Source: a plasmid
DNA: 64,000 bases
Direction: 5' to 3' (one strand)
Sequence record: CP089609.1
In this document: piece after piece, positions 9,679 to 18,695 of the stretch
Layout: every line of letters starts with the position of its first letter
How positions within the stretch are numbered: position 1 is the first letter of the stretch
Program-made: the position numbers and the translations under genes
The notes under the pieces: model-generated
Told to the model about the DNA's origin: nothing
The model's database searches: none
Seen by the model: the letters and a program-made list of their open reading frames with translations, nothing else

Positions 9679-9990
9679 ATGAGTGATAGCACCACCGAAT
9701 CATTGGTCACCGTGCCAGCCGCCGCGGTGGCAGCACTCGACCAGCTAGAGCAGACGTGGCCCGGTGCGACCCAGCCGCAAGCGCGTGCGGTCATTGCCGC
9801 CGCAGTGATGACCGCCCTGGGGCTACGAACCGAGTACGCGATAGTCGACCACCATCAGGCCGGGAACGTTGCCGAGGCTGGGTTCGAGGACGCCGACGAA
9901 ACCGTTGAGGCGATGGCAGGCTACCCGATGGCCGCGTGGATGGCCGGCAGCCGACTGGTATCCGACTGGCGGAACCTCGAATCGACCTGA
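9679..9990 (+). CDS. hypothetical protein
   Basis: 103 aa. Strong Shine-Dalgarno (AGAGGAGAAATGAAAAATG). Confidence 0.5.
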   Translation: MSDSTTESLVTVPAAAVAALDQLEQTWPGATQPQARAVIAAAVMTALGLRTEYAIVDHHQAGNVAEAGFEDADETVEAMAGYPMAAWMAGSRLVSDWRNLEST

Positions 9991-10060
9991 CGAAGGACAA
10001 GCCATGACGGTTCAGCACATGGGTTCCACCACCGGAACCGCATAGCGACGACCCGACATA

Positions 10061-10105
10061 GGGAATTTCTTTCCGGCGCAAGGCCGCAACGCGACACTAT
10101 CGGCG
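10061..10105. promoter_or_regulatory. Repeated roughly 45-bp upstream element, copy A
   Basis: GGGAATTTCTTTCC + GCAAGGCCGCAACGCGA + CACTATCGGCG, immediately upstream of the 10122 gene. Confidence 0.45.
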
Positions 10106-10121
10106 TCTAGACAGGAGCAAG

Positions 10122-10367
10122 ATGAATCAACTGGCCGCGTTCCGTGACACCATCAGGCTGGCGAGGTTCCATGACATGCCAGAGCGCCCCGGCAATCCGC
10201 TTGGCCTAGCCCATTTGCGCTCGATGCTTGAGCGTGCGGAGTCGGGCGAGTTCTCGGATACGAAGATTGGTCGATGGCTCGGCTGGGCGCAATGCGCTGT
10301 GGTCGCCGCCGATATTGGCGTCGTGCTGGACGACATGAAGTACATCAACAAAGCCCACGCGGACTGA
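10122..10367 (+). CDS. hypothetical protein
   Basis: 81 aa. ACAGGAG Shine-Dalgarno. Confidence 0.45.
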   Translation: MNQLAAFRDTIRLARFHDMPERPGNPLGLAHLRSMLERAESGEFSDTKIGRWLGWAQCAVVAADIGVVLDDMKYINKAHAD

Positions 10368-10371
10368 AATA

Positions 10372-10416
10372 AGGAATTGCATTCCGATGCAAGGCCGCAA
10401 CGCGAGATCATCGGCG
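10372..10416. promoter_or_regulatory. Repeated roughly 45-bp upstream element, copy B
   Basis: AGGAATTGCATTCC (perfect GGAAT-N4-ATTCC palindrome) + GCAAGGCCGCAACGCGA + GATCATCGGCG, immediately upstream of the 10426 gene. Confidence 0.45.
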
Positions 10417-10425
10417 AGGAGAAAT

Positions 10426-10806
10426 ATGAACGAACTGTGGTGGTTTCTCATCGGGCTAACTGTCCTGCCCGCACTATTCGGTATCGGCGCTGGCTGGTCC
10501 TACCTGTATGGGCGGTTCGGTGAATGGTACACGCGGCCCGTCAATTTGGCGGGTAAGACGCTTGCCTATCGCCGATCACTTATTACTGGCACGGTCATCG
10601 GGCTACTGGATGCAACCCATGTTCGCGCCTGGAAGCTGCCACTTAACCGCGTGCTCATCATCAGGTCGAAAGCGCCGAGGGAATACGACTTCATCGGCAA
10701 GGAGTGGGTGGTAGTCGGTGACGACTTCAGCGTCACTAGGACTGTCATCGGTAAGGCGTTGGATGAACTCGGCTACCCCGAGGTAGAGCCGTCCGAGTCG
10801 GCATAA
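10426..10806 (+). CDS. hypothetical membrane protein
   Basis: Internal ATG with GAGGAGAAATATG Shine-Dalgarno. N-terminal transmembrane helix (WWFLIGLTVLPALFGIGAGW). Confidence 0.45.
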   Translation: MNELWWFLIGLTVLPALFGIGAGWSYLYGRFGEWYTRPVNLAGKTLAYRRSLITGTVIGLLDATHVRAWKLPLNRVLIIRSKAPREYDFIGKEWVVVGDDFSVTRTVIGKALDELGYPEVEPSESA

Positions 10807-10822
10807 GGGGGAAGAATCGGAC

Positions 10823-11035
10823 ATGAGTAGCGAGCATGCTGTACCAGTTCTATCGGTTCATTACATGGTGCAGCGCATCCGAGTCAATCGGCCGGTATAC
10901 GCGCTCTGCGCTGGGTGTGAGTGGACGGGATCATTTGATACTCCGGGAGATGCCCGCAAAAGGCACGCGGACCACATCCTAGACGTCCTCAGCGCCAACG
11001 GTCTCGCTGTAGTGGAGAGATGCCAGAAGGAGTAG
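10823..11035 (+). CDS. hypothetical small protein
   Basis: 70 aa. AAGGGGGAAG Shine-Dalgarno. CAGCEW motif. Confidence 0.4.
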   Translation: MSSEHAVPVLSVHYMVQRIRVNRPVYALCAGCEWTGSFDTPGDARKRHADHILDVLSANGLAVVERCQKE

Positions 11036-11037
11036 TG

Positions 11038-11226
11038 ATGCAGAGTCCTGCGTACCTCGACAACCGCACGTGCAAGGCGTGCGGCCGGTTCGACATCTTC
11101 TGCGAGTGCAAAGGCGCCAAAACCTTGGCCCGGTTACTGCCAGGCGTGCGGTGCGGAACTGAACCCGCCAAACGCCACGGCATGCCGCAGCTGCTACTCC
11201 AGCGACACCGACGAGACCTGACATAG
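11038..11226 (+). CDS. hypothetical small Cys-rich protein
   Basis: ATG at 11038 inside the TAGTGATG stop-start junction. C-x2-C...C-x-C spacing (CKACGRFDIFCEC). Confidence 0.3.
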   Translation: MQSPAYLDNRTCKACGRFDIFCECKGAKTLARLLPGVRCGTEPAKRHGMPQLLLQRHRRDLT

Positions 11227-11231
11227 GGACA

Positions 11232-11414
11232 ATGGGAATGAACTTCACAGCAGGTCAACGGATTCGCGTCCAGTTCCCGTTGCGGCCCGACCTCCATGTG
11301 GATCTCATCCGTCATCAGGACGGCTGGCGTCGCATCGACGGCGACGGTCCGCGGGTTCCCTACAAGGACCATGAAGTGTCCCGGTGCACCTGGGCGCCCA
11401 TCTCCGGAGGCTAA
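11232..11414 (+). CDS. hypothetical small protein
   Basis: 60 aa ORF. Confidence 0.3.
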   Translation: MGMNFTAGQRIRVQFPLRPDLHVDLIRHQDGWRRIDGDGPRVPYKDHEVSRCTWAPISGG

Positions 11415-11466
11415 GGAACACGTGCATGGAGTTGGATGAACTGTTCGACAGCGAGGGCGGTTTGGG

Positions 11467-12000
11467 GTGACGATCGACGCTGAGCGTTTCCTTCGTGATT
11501 TCTGCGAAATTATTGGCACACCAGCCGTTTCGGTGACGGTGGTGTGCTCCCCCACACCCTATGACGGGAATTTCCCGGTGGACCGGCTCACCGGGGAATC
11601 TCCTTTGGAGACGCACATCCGTGTCGAATTGGCCCATGGTGAACCGGTAGAGAGCTATGGGATCGATCTTGCCGAGGCCCTCACAGAGATGATGGCCGGT
11701 TTGGAGCTGCGGCGTCGTCCGCCGGAACCTGTGACCGCGGAGCGCCACACCGTGGCCGGTGTCGACGTCAGCGAAGCCGATTACCTGGCGGCCTACCCGG
11801 CATCGCACCGAGACACCGTCACGGACAGCGGGGCGTTCAGTCCGTACACCCATTCCGCGCGCGGCTGTGTTGGCGAGTACACCGCGCACTTGCTGGTCAA
11901 TGAGGGCACGACGGTTCCGCCGCTGTTGTATCTGTATGGGGCCGAAGGTCAGGAGGAGTATCACCTCTTCCCGCTGGTGCAGATGGCACCACCGCATTAG
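11467..12000 (+). CDS. hypothetical protein
   Basis: 177 aa, GTG start, protein-like composition. Confidence 0.4.
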   Translation: MTIDAERFLRDFCEIIGTPAVSVTVVCSPTPYDGNFPVDRLTGESPLETHIRVELAHGEPVESYGIDLAEALTEMMAGLELRRRPPEPVTAERHTVAGVDVSEADYLAAYPASHRDTVTDSGAFSPYTHSARGCVGEYTAHLLVNEGTTVPPLLYLYGAEGQEEYHLFPLVQMAPPH

Positions 12001-12351
12001 CGTCCGGTATCTGGTTTTGAGTACGAAGGGGGTTCATCATGGCTGGTTCTGGTTTCGGACACGGCAGGCAACATGGGAAAGCTGCTGGATCCCCGCGACG
12101 TGGTGAGCATGCTGGAGACACCAGGAGATGTCTTTGGGGCGATCGAGGAGATGTTCGGCATGATTTGGTTTCTGGCCGGACAGATCAATCCCGATGATCC
12201 GGCGAGCGTAGTGGAGCTGGCGGATAACAACTTCCGGCGGGGATCGAGCTGAGCCCGGGCGTCATGGACGACGTAGAACCTGACCCTGACGACGAATTCG
12301 ACGACTGATAGACCGGCGAAGCGATGCGGGCAGACGGGTAAGGGGGCGACG

Positions 12352-13041
12352 GTGAGAGTGGTGGTGTTGACCGGGGCCGGGATCAGCGCGGAGTCCGGGT
12401 TGTCCACGTTCCGCGGTCCGGAGGGTTTGTGGGAGGGGCACCGGGTCGTTGATGTCGCTACGCCGGAGGGCTTCGCGGCTGACCCGATGCTTGTTCAGCG
12501 GTTCTACAACGGTCTGCGGCGTCGACTGGGTGAGGTCGAGCCCAACGATGCGCATCGTGCGTTGGCTCGGCTTGAGCGGGCCCTCGGCCCGGGAATGATG
12601 CATCTGGTCACCCAGAACATCGACAATCTGCACCAGCGCGCCGGCAGTACTGCGGTCACGGCGATGCATGGCGAGTTGACGAAAATCCGTCATGTTCGAA
12701 CAGGTGAAGTGCTGCCGTGGGCCCACGATGTTGTCGAGACGGAGACGTCGTGGCGGCCGCATGTGGTGTGGTTTGGTGAGCGCACGATCGGTCTCGATGC
12801 GGCGATGGAGATGCTTTCTGCGGCAGATGTGTTCGTTGCGATCGGTACGTCGGGGACGGTGTATCCGGCCAATCAGTTCGCGATGGTTGCGAAGGCTTCC
12901 GGAGCGGCCACGGTCGAGATCAACCTTGAGCCCAGTGGTGTGGCGTTCGACCGCAGCTTGATCGGACCGGCCACCGAACAGGTTCCCCAGTTCGTCGATC
13001 TCCTCATTTCCCTGCTCGACAGCAGCGTGGACTCGTTGTGA
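12352..13041 (+). CDS. Sir2-family (sirtuin-like) NAD-binding protein lacking the zinc-ribbon module
   Basis: GAGISAESGLSTFRG...TQNIDNLH...HG...VVWFGE...AIGTSGTVYP motifs. Only about 20 residues with no Cys between the HG and VVWFGE motifs, where canonical CobB carries CxxC...CxxC. GTG start with AAGGGGG Shine-Dalgarno. Confidence 0.75.
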   Translation: MRVVVLTGAGISAESGLSTFRGPEGLWEGHRVVDVATPEGFAADPMLVQRFYNGLRRRLGEVEPNDAHRALARLERALGPGMMHLVTQNIDNLHQRAGSTAVTAMHGELTKIRHVRTGEVLPWAHDVVETETSWRPHVVWFGERTIGLDAAMEMLSAADVFVAIGTSGTVYPANQFAMVAKASGAATVEINLEPSGVAFDRSLIGPATEQVPQFVDLLISLLDSSVDSL

Positions 13042-13220
13042 TGTTCCCAGGCGATGCTTCAAGCCCGACGCTATATACTGGCCGGCAGAGCTGATCGCAC
13101 GGCTGACCCGAGTCGCACTGGCGCCTGTACCGCCAGCGGCATTCGAGGGCAGAGGTCCACCGGATCTGCGAAGTCTTCCCGTCACTACGTGACGGTGGGT
13201 ACAGGGCATCGTCAACGAAT

Positions 13221-14009
13221 GTGAACGGATTCGTCATGACCAAGAACTACGCCCGCAAGCGAGCAGCCCGCGCCTTGCAGCAGGCCGATCCCGAGCTCAC
13301 TCGCCCCGAAGCCACTCGCCTGGTTAAGAAGACCCAGGGTGCTACTGCCAACTCCTGGCGCCGCGGACAGATCCCCTGGATGCGTGCCGGCGCACGCAGG
13401 CAGGCTGGCTGCTACTTCTGTGGCCGGGCGACGGCGATTGTGTCGCTCGTCGATGAGGCGGCAGATACCGGCCGTATCTCGATGTACTGCGATAACAGCG
13501 ATTGCGCGGCGAGAGATTTCGAGGTGATCGTCGTCGACGACGGAACCGCTGCAACTCGCGGGCGCACAGATGTGCGCATCATGGCGCACTTCAACTCGAC
13601 CGCAGAAGGCCCAGCGCCGAGTTCCCGGTCTGACCAGGACTGGTCGGCGGGAATGCCGCCGCACGCCCGCACCTCAGGCACCGCCGCGTTGTGCCTGTTC
13701 TGCGGGCAGCAGTCCAACTGCCTGTCGGACAGTGATATCGCTGGCGATCATGGTCGTATCCGACTGCGCTGCACGAATTCCGGATGTGCCGTCTCCAGTG
13801 CCGAAGTGCTGCTCATCCGCGATGCGACACGCGAAACATCAACTCGGGGCGACGTCACTGCGCTCAGGAGTCTCGAGCCGGTGTATTTCGGGCGCCCAAA
13901 GCGTGGGCCAGGCGAATTGGATATCTTCACCGTTCAGGAACTCGAAGAGCATGCCAGCCAGTTCGACGTGCTGCGGCTGCGAACTTCGGCGCCAGTTCCT
14001 TGGGAGTGA
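13221..14009 (+). CDS. hypothetical protein with two tandem Cys4 zinc-ribbon-like modules
   Basis: CYFCGRATAIVSLVDEAADTGRISMYCDNSDC and CLFCGQQSNCLSDSDIAGDHGRIRLRCTNSGC are internal repeats. Start is GTG 13221 or ATG 13236. Confidence 0.45.
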   Translation: MNGFVMTKNYARKRAARALQQADPELTRPEATRLVKKTQGATANSWRRGQIPWMRAGARRQAGCYFCGRATAIVSLVDEAADTGRISMYCDNSDCAARDFEVIVVDDGTAATRGRTDVRIMAHFNSTAEGPAPSSRSDQDWSAGMPPHARTSGTAALCLFCGQQSNCLSDSDIAGDHGRIRLRCTNSGCAVSSAEVLLIRDATRETSTRGDVTALRSLEPVYFGRPKRGPGELDIFTVQELEEHASQFDVLRLRTSAPVPWE

Positions 14010-14298
14010 AGAGTGTGCGCGTGGTGTAGGGCAACCTCGCCGCGGCGTGTTGGCTTCCGATGCCGAGCCAGAGGTTTCACGCCGAAGTGGGTATCGCACT
14101 GCAGATCCGGATGGACGCACAGCAGTTCAGCACCAGCCGGCACCGGAATCTGGTTGCCGGCCGTTGGGCGGAGAATCTGGCGAATCAACGCCCGGGCCCC
14201 GGCAAGTCACCCATCGACCGGTCCAGGAATGCGGGCAGCTGGATGGATCACACGCTAGGCTGCGGAAAAGTAGTCACCGACTTGGAGGATTCTGGCGC

Positions 14299-14748
14299 GT
14301 GGGCAAAATAGTGACGGTCGAGTATGTCGACGATTTCGACGGCATTTCGGTTGATGCCGATACTGTTGACACAGTTGACTTTTCGTATCGCGGTCAAGAC
14401 TACTCGCTAGTTTTGACCACCGAGAACGGTGCCCAATTCGACAAGGATATGGCTCGATACATCACTGCCGCTAAGAAAGCTGCCGCCCGCGATGCCCGCG
14501 CGGCGCGCAAGCCGGCGCGGCCGGCTCCACGAAAGTCGGCCAAGGTAAAGGACGCGGTCAAAGCCAAGGGCGCGGCTAAGGTGGCGGCGCCACGACGGGC
14601 GGCGGGATCTCGGAAAGCGGCAACGGCGGCGTCGGGTCGTGAGCGAAGCCGGGCGATCCGTGAATGGGCTGCGGCCAATGGCCATAAGGTTTCTCAGCGT
14701 GGGCGGCTTCCCGCAGAAGTCGAGTCCGCCTACGATGCGGCGCACTGA
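14299..14748 (+). CDS. lsr2: Lsr2-family nucleoid-associated protein (H-NS-like xenogeneic silencer)
   Basis: The N-terminal VGKIVTVEYVDDFDG dimerisation motif and the C-terminal RSRAIREWAAANGHKVSQRGRLPAEVESAYDAA DNA-binding domain both match Lsr2. GTG start with GGAGGA upstream. Confidence 0.8.
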   Translation: MGKIVTVEYVDDFDGISVDADTVDTVDFSYRGQDYSLVLTTENGAQFDKDMARYITAAKKAAARDARAARKPARPAPRKSAKVKDAVKAKGAAKVAAPRRAAGSRKAATAASGRERSRAIREWAAANGHKVSQRGRLPAEVESAYDAAH

Positions 14749-14876
14749 CCAGCGCGGCTCGACGTTTGACGGGAACGCGATCACGCTGTTTTCGCTGGGC
14801 TGAGCGGATTGCAACATTCGGTGTAGAAATTTTACCGCCGATGTTGCATTCGGCCTTTATCGGCTGGAATGTTGGG

Positions 14877-14901
14877 GCCCCGGCCCACGAAGGGCCGGGG
14901 C
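14877..14901. terminator. GC-rich hairpin (GCCCCGGCCC-ACGAA-GGGCCGGGGC), probable intrinsic terminator between convergent genes
   Basis: 10-bp perfect stem with a 5-nt loop, between lsr2 and the convergent minus-strand genes. Additional palindromes nearby (TGCAACAT...ATGTTGCA, CTGGTC...GACCAG, CGATTGC-C-GCAATCG). Confidence 0.4.
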
Positions 14902-15096
14902 GGCAGGTGCCTTGTCTGGTCAGTCGGACCAGGGTGAGCGCCTACCAAGGAGCGTAGCGCGACTGACCGACAGATCGTTAGAGCCGGGTCGTGGGGGTGG
15001 CTGATACGATTGCCGCAATCGTTCGGCCCGCACCATGAACACTGTTCGTGGGAGCGGGCCGGATCTCTTTGGCGGACGCGCGCAGCGGTCACGCTC

Positions 15097-15390
15097 TCAG
15101 GCAGGTTTTGTGGTCGCTGCCTGTTCCTTGACGATCGACCAGAAGTCTGGGTCGGCGCTGGTGACGACTTCTCCTGATTCGCATCGCCAGGTGTCCAGAG
15201 GTGCTGCGCTGATCAGGGCGTCGGTGATCGCCCAGCATGTCTTGTCATCGTAGGTTGATCCGATCCGGGCAGCGACGTATCCGAAGCGGATGTCCATTCG
15301 GGTGAGATTGGTTTCTCTGATTCTCATGTGAGTCTCTCTGTTGTGTGCCACTCTGCGCGGTCGGCGCGCAGAGCGTGCTCGAAGAGTCAC
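15097..15390 (-). CDS. hypothetical protein
   Basis: ATGA overlap with the upstream gene at 15387-15390. An alternative start is ATG 15327. Confidence 0.35.
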   Translation of the reverse strand: MTLRARSARRPRRVAHNRETHMRIRETNLTRMDIRFGYVAARIGSTYDDKTCWAITDALISAAPLDTWRCESGEVVTSADPDFWSIVKEQAATTKPA

Positions 15391-16298
15391 TGGGTTGTGC
15401 GCCAGTAGTCCGGCAGCATTTGCATGGCGGCTTGGACGTCGGGATTGTCGAGTTGTTGAAGGATCTCGGTGTTGCTCGGCACGTTGGAGAATGACACGTC
15501 GTCGAGTTTTTGAATTCGGTTGCGGTACCAGCTGACCCAGTCAAAATCGTCGCCACCAGCTGCGAGACCAGCCAGGTATAGGGCCTCGATTTCGTCGCGT
15601 TCGCGGGCGTGGAAAGCGTCGGTGCTCGACCTCAGTGAAGTGTTCCGTGTGAGCGGGGTGGCCTCGTCGTCGGCGAGCTCGACGCTGCCGGTCATGTCGT
15701 CGCGGTCGCGGCGGGCGTCGAGGCGAAGGATCTCGAAGCTGTCGTGCACTTCGATGGCTGTCTGGTGCCAGGATTGGAGTGCGCGTCGCCAGTCGCCGTC
15801 TGCGACGAACGGTTCCCACGCGGCCGGCGGCATTGTGCGCAGTTCGTTGATGATCATTTCGTCGGCTTCGCGGATCTGCGGGTCTTCGGGTGGGCGTTCA
15901 TTGCGGTAGAACCAGTTGTCCACGCTCAGCGTTTCGCGCCATTGGGGTTTGAGGGTTCCGAGTCGGGCTGCCCGTAGCAGCGGTGTCCAGATCGAGTGCC
16001 GGCGGGTGGCGTAGTGGCTGGCCGGGAAGTCGTCGGGGACGGTGCCGGTGCGTTGTGCCCGCACATCGCGGGGAAGCTGCACCGCGTAGGTGTCTTCGTT
16101 GCCGTTCGAATCGGAGTGCGCCAGGTCGAACGCGCAGAGTTGTCCGACGCATTCCTCGATCTGCTCGCCGTCGATGGTCAGCATCTCGGCCCAGCTGTCG
16201 GGGGCCGGCAGTCGCCACCTGGACCACCGGTTGTCGCCCATCTCTTCAGTCGCCATTGTCTTTTCGACGCTCAACGCCATCCAGTGGATCCAAAGCAT
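15387..16298 (-). CDS. hypothetical protein
   Basis: 303 aa, Trp/Asp-rich, protein-like. Confidence 0.4.
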   Translation of the reverse strand: MLWIHWMALSVEKTMATEEMGDNRWSRWRLPAPDSWAEMLTIDGEQIEECVGQLCAFDLAHSDSNGNEDTYAVQLPRDVRAQRTGTVPDDFPASHYATRRHSIWTPLLRAARLGTLKPQWRETLSVDNWFYRNERPPEDPQIREADEMIINELRTMPPAAWEPFVADGDWRRALQSWHQTAIEVHDSFEILRLDARRDRDDMTGSVELADDEATPLTRNTSLRSSTDAFHARERDEIEALYLAGLAAGGDDFDWVSWYRNRIQKLDDVSFSNVPSNTEILQQLDNPDVQAAMQMLPDYWRTTQ

Positions 16299-16645
16299 GG
16301 GTGGGTCCGTCGAGTTCAGTTTCGACGAGTTGAGGCAGAAGTTTGGTGAGCGTGGCCCACTCGCCGCCTTCGAGAAGGACGCTGCCGGCGCCCAGGTAGG
16401 TGCCCGCCCGCTGGTCGGGCAGGACCACGATGTCTCCGGCCTGTGCGGTCATGGCGGTGATGGGGGTCAGGGTGGGTGCCGCTGTCATTTTGGCGGAAGA
16501 ACTGTGCACCGCCGGGGACTGGCACTTTCTGACCGGTCTTCACCTTGAGGCCCGCTCGGCTTGCTGCTGTAACTGTCGCGGCGACGACGCCGATTTTGCC
16601 GCGGCCGTCGCCTGTTGGGCCCTCGATTGAGATGTGTTCGGCCAT
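16246..16645 (-). pseudogene. possible frameshifted small gene
   Basis: A protein-like N-terminus (MAEHISIEGPTGDGRGKIGVVAATV...GGAQFF) runs into an Arg-rich noise frame. A second frame (16246..16509) continues in a protein-like way (TAAPTLTPITAMTAQAGDIVVLPDQ...). Confidence 0.25.
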
Positions 16646-16688
16646 GGCGTGTTCTCCTTTTCTGTTGTGCTAGTTATTGCTTCGGTTT

Positions 16689-17078
16689 CTATGCCGTTCG
16701 ATGAGGGCTGGCCGTTTGGGATCCGGGGATGCCGCAAATTGGGCAGCCTGGGTGGGTGGGTTTGAGTCCCGCTGCGGCGGTCCACCACTCCCAGCAGCTG
16801 GCCGGGATCAGGATGCTGTCATCGAGGATGGTGCCGTTGCTGTCGATCAGGGAGAGAACGGCGAACGGGAATACGGCGACTTTCTCTGGGGTGCTCATCG
16901 TGTGCCACTCGGGTAGATCGAAGATGGCGCCGCGGCGCTGCGCTGCCGATAGCAGCGCCTCGACAGCCGCGGGCCCTGTGGCTTCCATGTGCGCCCGGAA
17001 AGCGACTCCCTTGGCGTGCATGCACATCTGGAATGCTTCGACCGTTTCTATGGTGTCGGGCAGCTTGGTCATCTCCAT
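16689..17078 (-). CDS. hypothetical protein
   Basis: 129 aa ORF. Confidence 0.4.
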   Translation of the reverse strand: MEMTKLPDTIETVEAFQMCMHAKGVAFRAHMEATGPAAVEALLSAAQRRGAIFDLPEWHTMSTPEKVAVFPFAVLSLIDSNGTILDDSILIPASCWEWWTAAAGLKPTHPGCPICGIPGSQTASPHRTA

Positions 17079-17083
17079 GACTG

Positions 17084-17377
17084 TCAGCTCTTGCTGGTCG
17101 AGGCGGCGGCTTCGTAAAGGATGTGGGCGACGCCCGCTGGTGCGTGGTCGGCGTGCCAGTTCGCCCAGGTTCGCAGCTCGACGGTGTCGCCGGGCGGGTA
17201 GGTGGGGGTGGGTGGGTCGGCGTCAGGGTTCGCGGGATCCGCGTCGGTGTTCGCGTAGTAGTTGGCTGCCACGGACAGTGCGGCGGCCACACTCTGGTGA
17301 CCCATGTCACGATGGGTCGCTGCCCACCGGTTCAGTTGCTCGGTGTCGATCACAACTTTCACTCGCAGCTGCGCCAT
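17084..17377 (-). CDS. hypothetical protein
   Basis: 97 aa. GGGGGAG Shine-Dalgarno. Confidence 0.45.
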   Translation of the reverse strand: MAQLRVKVVIDTEQLNRWAATHRDMGHQSVAAALSVAANYYANTDADPANPDADPPTPTYPPGDTVELRTWANWHADHAPAGVAHILYEAAASTSKS

Positions 17378-17405
17378 AACGAATTCTCCCCCTGTTGCCG
17401 TTGTT

Positions 17406-17876
17406 TCACGGTGATGTGTCCTTGTCTGCCATCGTTTGGAGCGCCCGTCGGTGGAGTACTTCCTTGGTGTCGTCGATGAGCGGCTTGTTGCGGATGAGTG
17501 GCGCCAGGGCGTCGAGGACGTCGAGTTGGGCGGCGGCCAGGGCTAGTTCGACGTCGAATTCGGCGTGAGCAAGTGAGCGGAAGTCGGCGATCATCACGCG
17601 TTCTGCGCCTTGGGCGTGGGCTTGTCTGAGCATGTCGAGCCATCGGATCTTGCGCATGAGATCGCTGTTGTGGTTGTCGCACAGCACGGCTGGGGAGTGT
17701 TTGCGTGTGATGCGGTCGGTGGCCTCGGTTGCGGCCGCTGCCGGGTCAAGTTTTGGAGCCTTGTTCGAGCCGTTGGATATGCAGTCTGGTGCGGGTATGT
17801 CAGCGAGTATCTGCTTGGTCTTGGCGCGGTGATGCAGCTCGTTGGCTTGTTGCTGCCAGAACTGGCTCCATGTCAT
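17406..17876 (-). CDS. hypothetical protein
   Basis: 156 aa ORF. Confidence 0.4.
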   Translation of the reverse strand: MTWSQFWQQQANELHHRAKTKQILADIPAPDCISNGSNKAPKLDPAAAATEATDRITRKHSPAVLCDNHNSDLMRKIRWLDMLRQAHAQGAERVMIADFRSLAHAEFDVELALAAAQLDVLDALAPLIRNKPLIDDTKEVLHRRALQTMADKDTSP

Positions 17877-17891
17877 GGCGGTTTCCTGGGG

Positions 17892-18122
17892 TCAGGTGTT
17901 TCGGAATCGGCGGACTTGGTCGGGGTGGTTTTCGACCCATGCGGTGCCGGCTTCGGTGGCGATGTAGCTGCCGTCGTCGCTTCCGCCTCCGTACTGGATG
18001 AGGCCGGCGCGGCATAGCGCGGTGATCGTGTTCTGCCGCACCCAGCTGGTGTCTTCACCGTGGTAGGCGGCCAGCAGCGCCCAGATCTTCGCGTCGCTCA
18101 TGCGTGCCGTCGGCGTGGTCAT
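17892..18122 (-). CDS. hypothetical small protein
   Basis: Internal ATG at 18122 forms an ATGA overlap with the upstream gene stop (18119). Confidence 0.35.
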   Translation of the reverse strand: MTTPTARMSDAKIWALLAAYHGEDTSWVRQNTITALCRAGLIQYGGGSDDGSYIATEAGTAWVENHPDQVRRFRNT

Positions 18123-18622
18123 GCCGGAATTCTTTCTGCGCAGTCGCGGTGTCCGTCGTTGGAGTAGTGGTAGCGGGCGCCGTCGCAGCCGCGAGGGCAT
18201 CCGCCGGTGTCGGTGCGTGCCTGTCCGGAATGCGGGCACTGTCCGCGTTGCTGGCCGCGGTCGTCGTCGAGGTGGTGGATCGGTAGGGCGTCGTCGGGGA
18301 AGAAGTCCTCGTCTTCATCGCCTTCGGCGTCGTCGTCTTCGTCGGCTTCATCGCCGCTGTCTGCGGGCTGGTAGGCGAATGGTTCTGCCTCGGACTCGTC
18401 CATCATGTCTTCGGCGATCGCGTCGGCGGCGAGTTTCTTGCATTTTCCGCACAGCGTCGAGTTGGTCACGCCTAGATAGGGTTTGGGCGTGTCTTCACGG
18501 GCCAGGCCGTAGCCGCACCAGGTGCGCCAGCCGGTCGACGCGCTGTCGTCGCGGACCAGCATGTGGAACACGCGGTCGCGGCGCGTCGGAGGAACGCGGT
18601 GGGAGACTCCTTGCGAGAACAT
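18119..18622 (-). CDS. hypothetical protein with acidic C-terminal tract and Cys cluster
   Basis: 167 aa. CGKCKK...DEDDDAEGDEDED. Confidence 0.35.
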   Translation of the reverse strand: MFSQGVSHRVPPTRRDRVFHMLVRDDSASTGWRTWCGYGLAREDTPKPYLGVTNSTLCGKCKKLAADAIAEDMMDESEAEPFAYQPADSGDEADEDDDAEGDEDEDFFPDDALPIHHLDDDRGQQRGQCPHSGQARTDTGGCPRGCDGARYHYSNDGHRDCAERIPA

Positions 18623-18695
18623 CAGTCGCCTCCCCCTGGATGGTAGTGGGTGTGTTGTGGCGTGATCACTCCCGTCACCGACATCGGTGCCGGTG

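Noticed and set aside
12039-12252. 48-aa and 59-aa overlapping small ORFs after the 11467 gene
   Set aside because: They have Shine-Dalgarno-like sequences but are below size confidence and mutually exclusive. Left uncalled.
12352-13041. Housekeeping CobB deacetylase
   Set aside because: The zinc-ribbon Cys residues are absent and the context is a mobile element. Kept as a Sir2-like protein of uncertain function rather than CobB.
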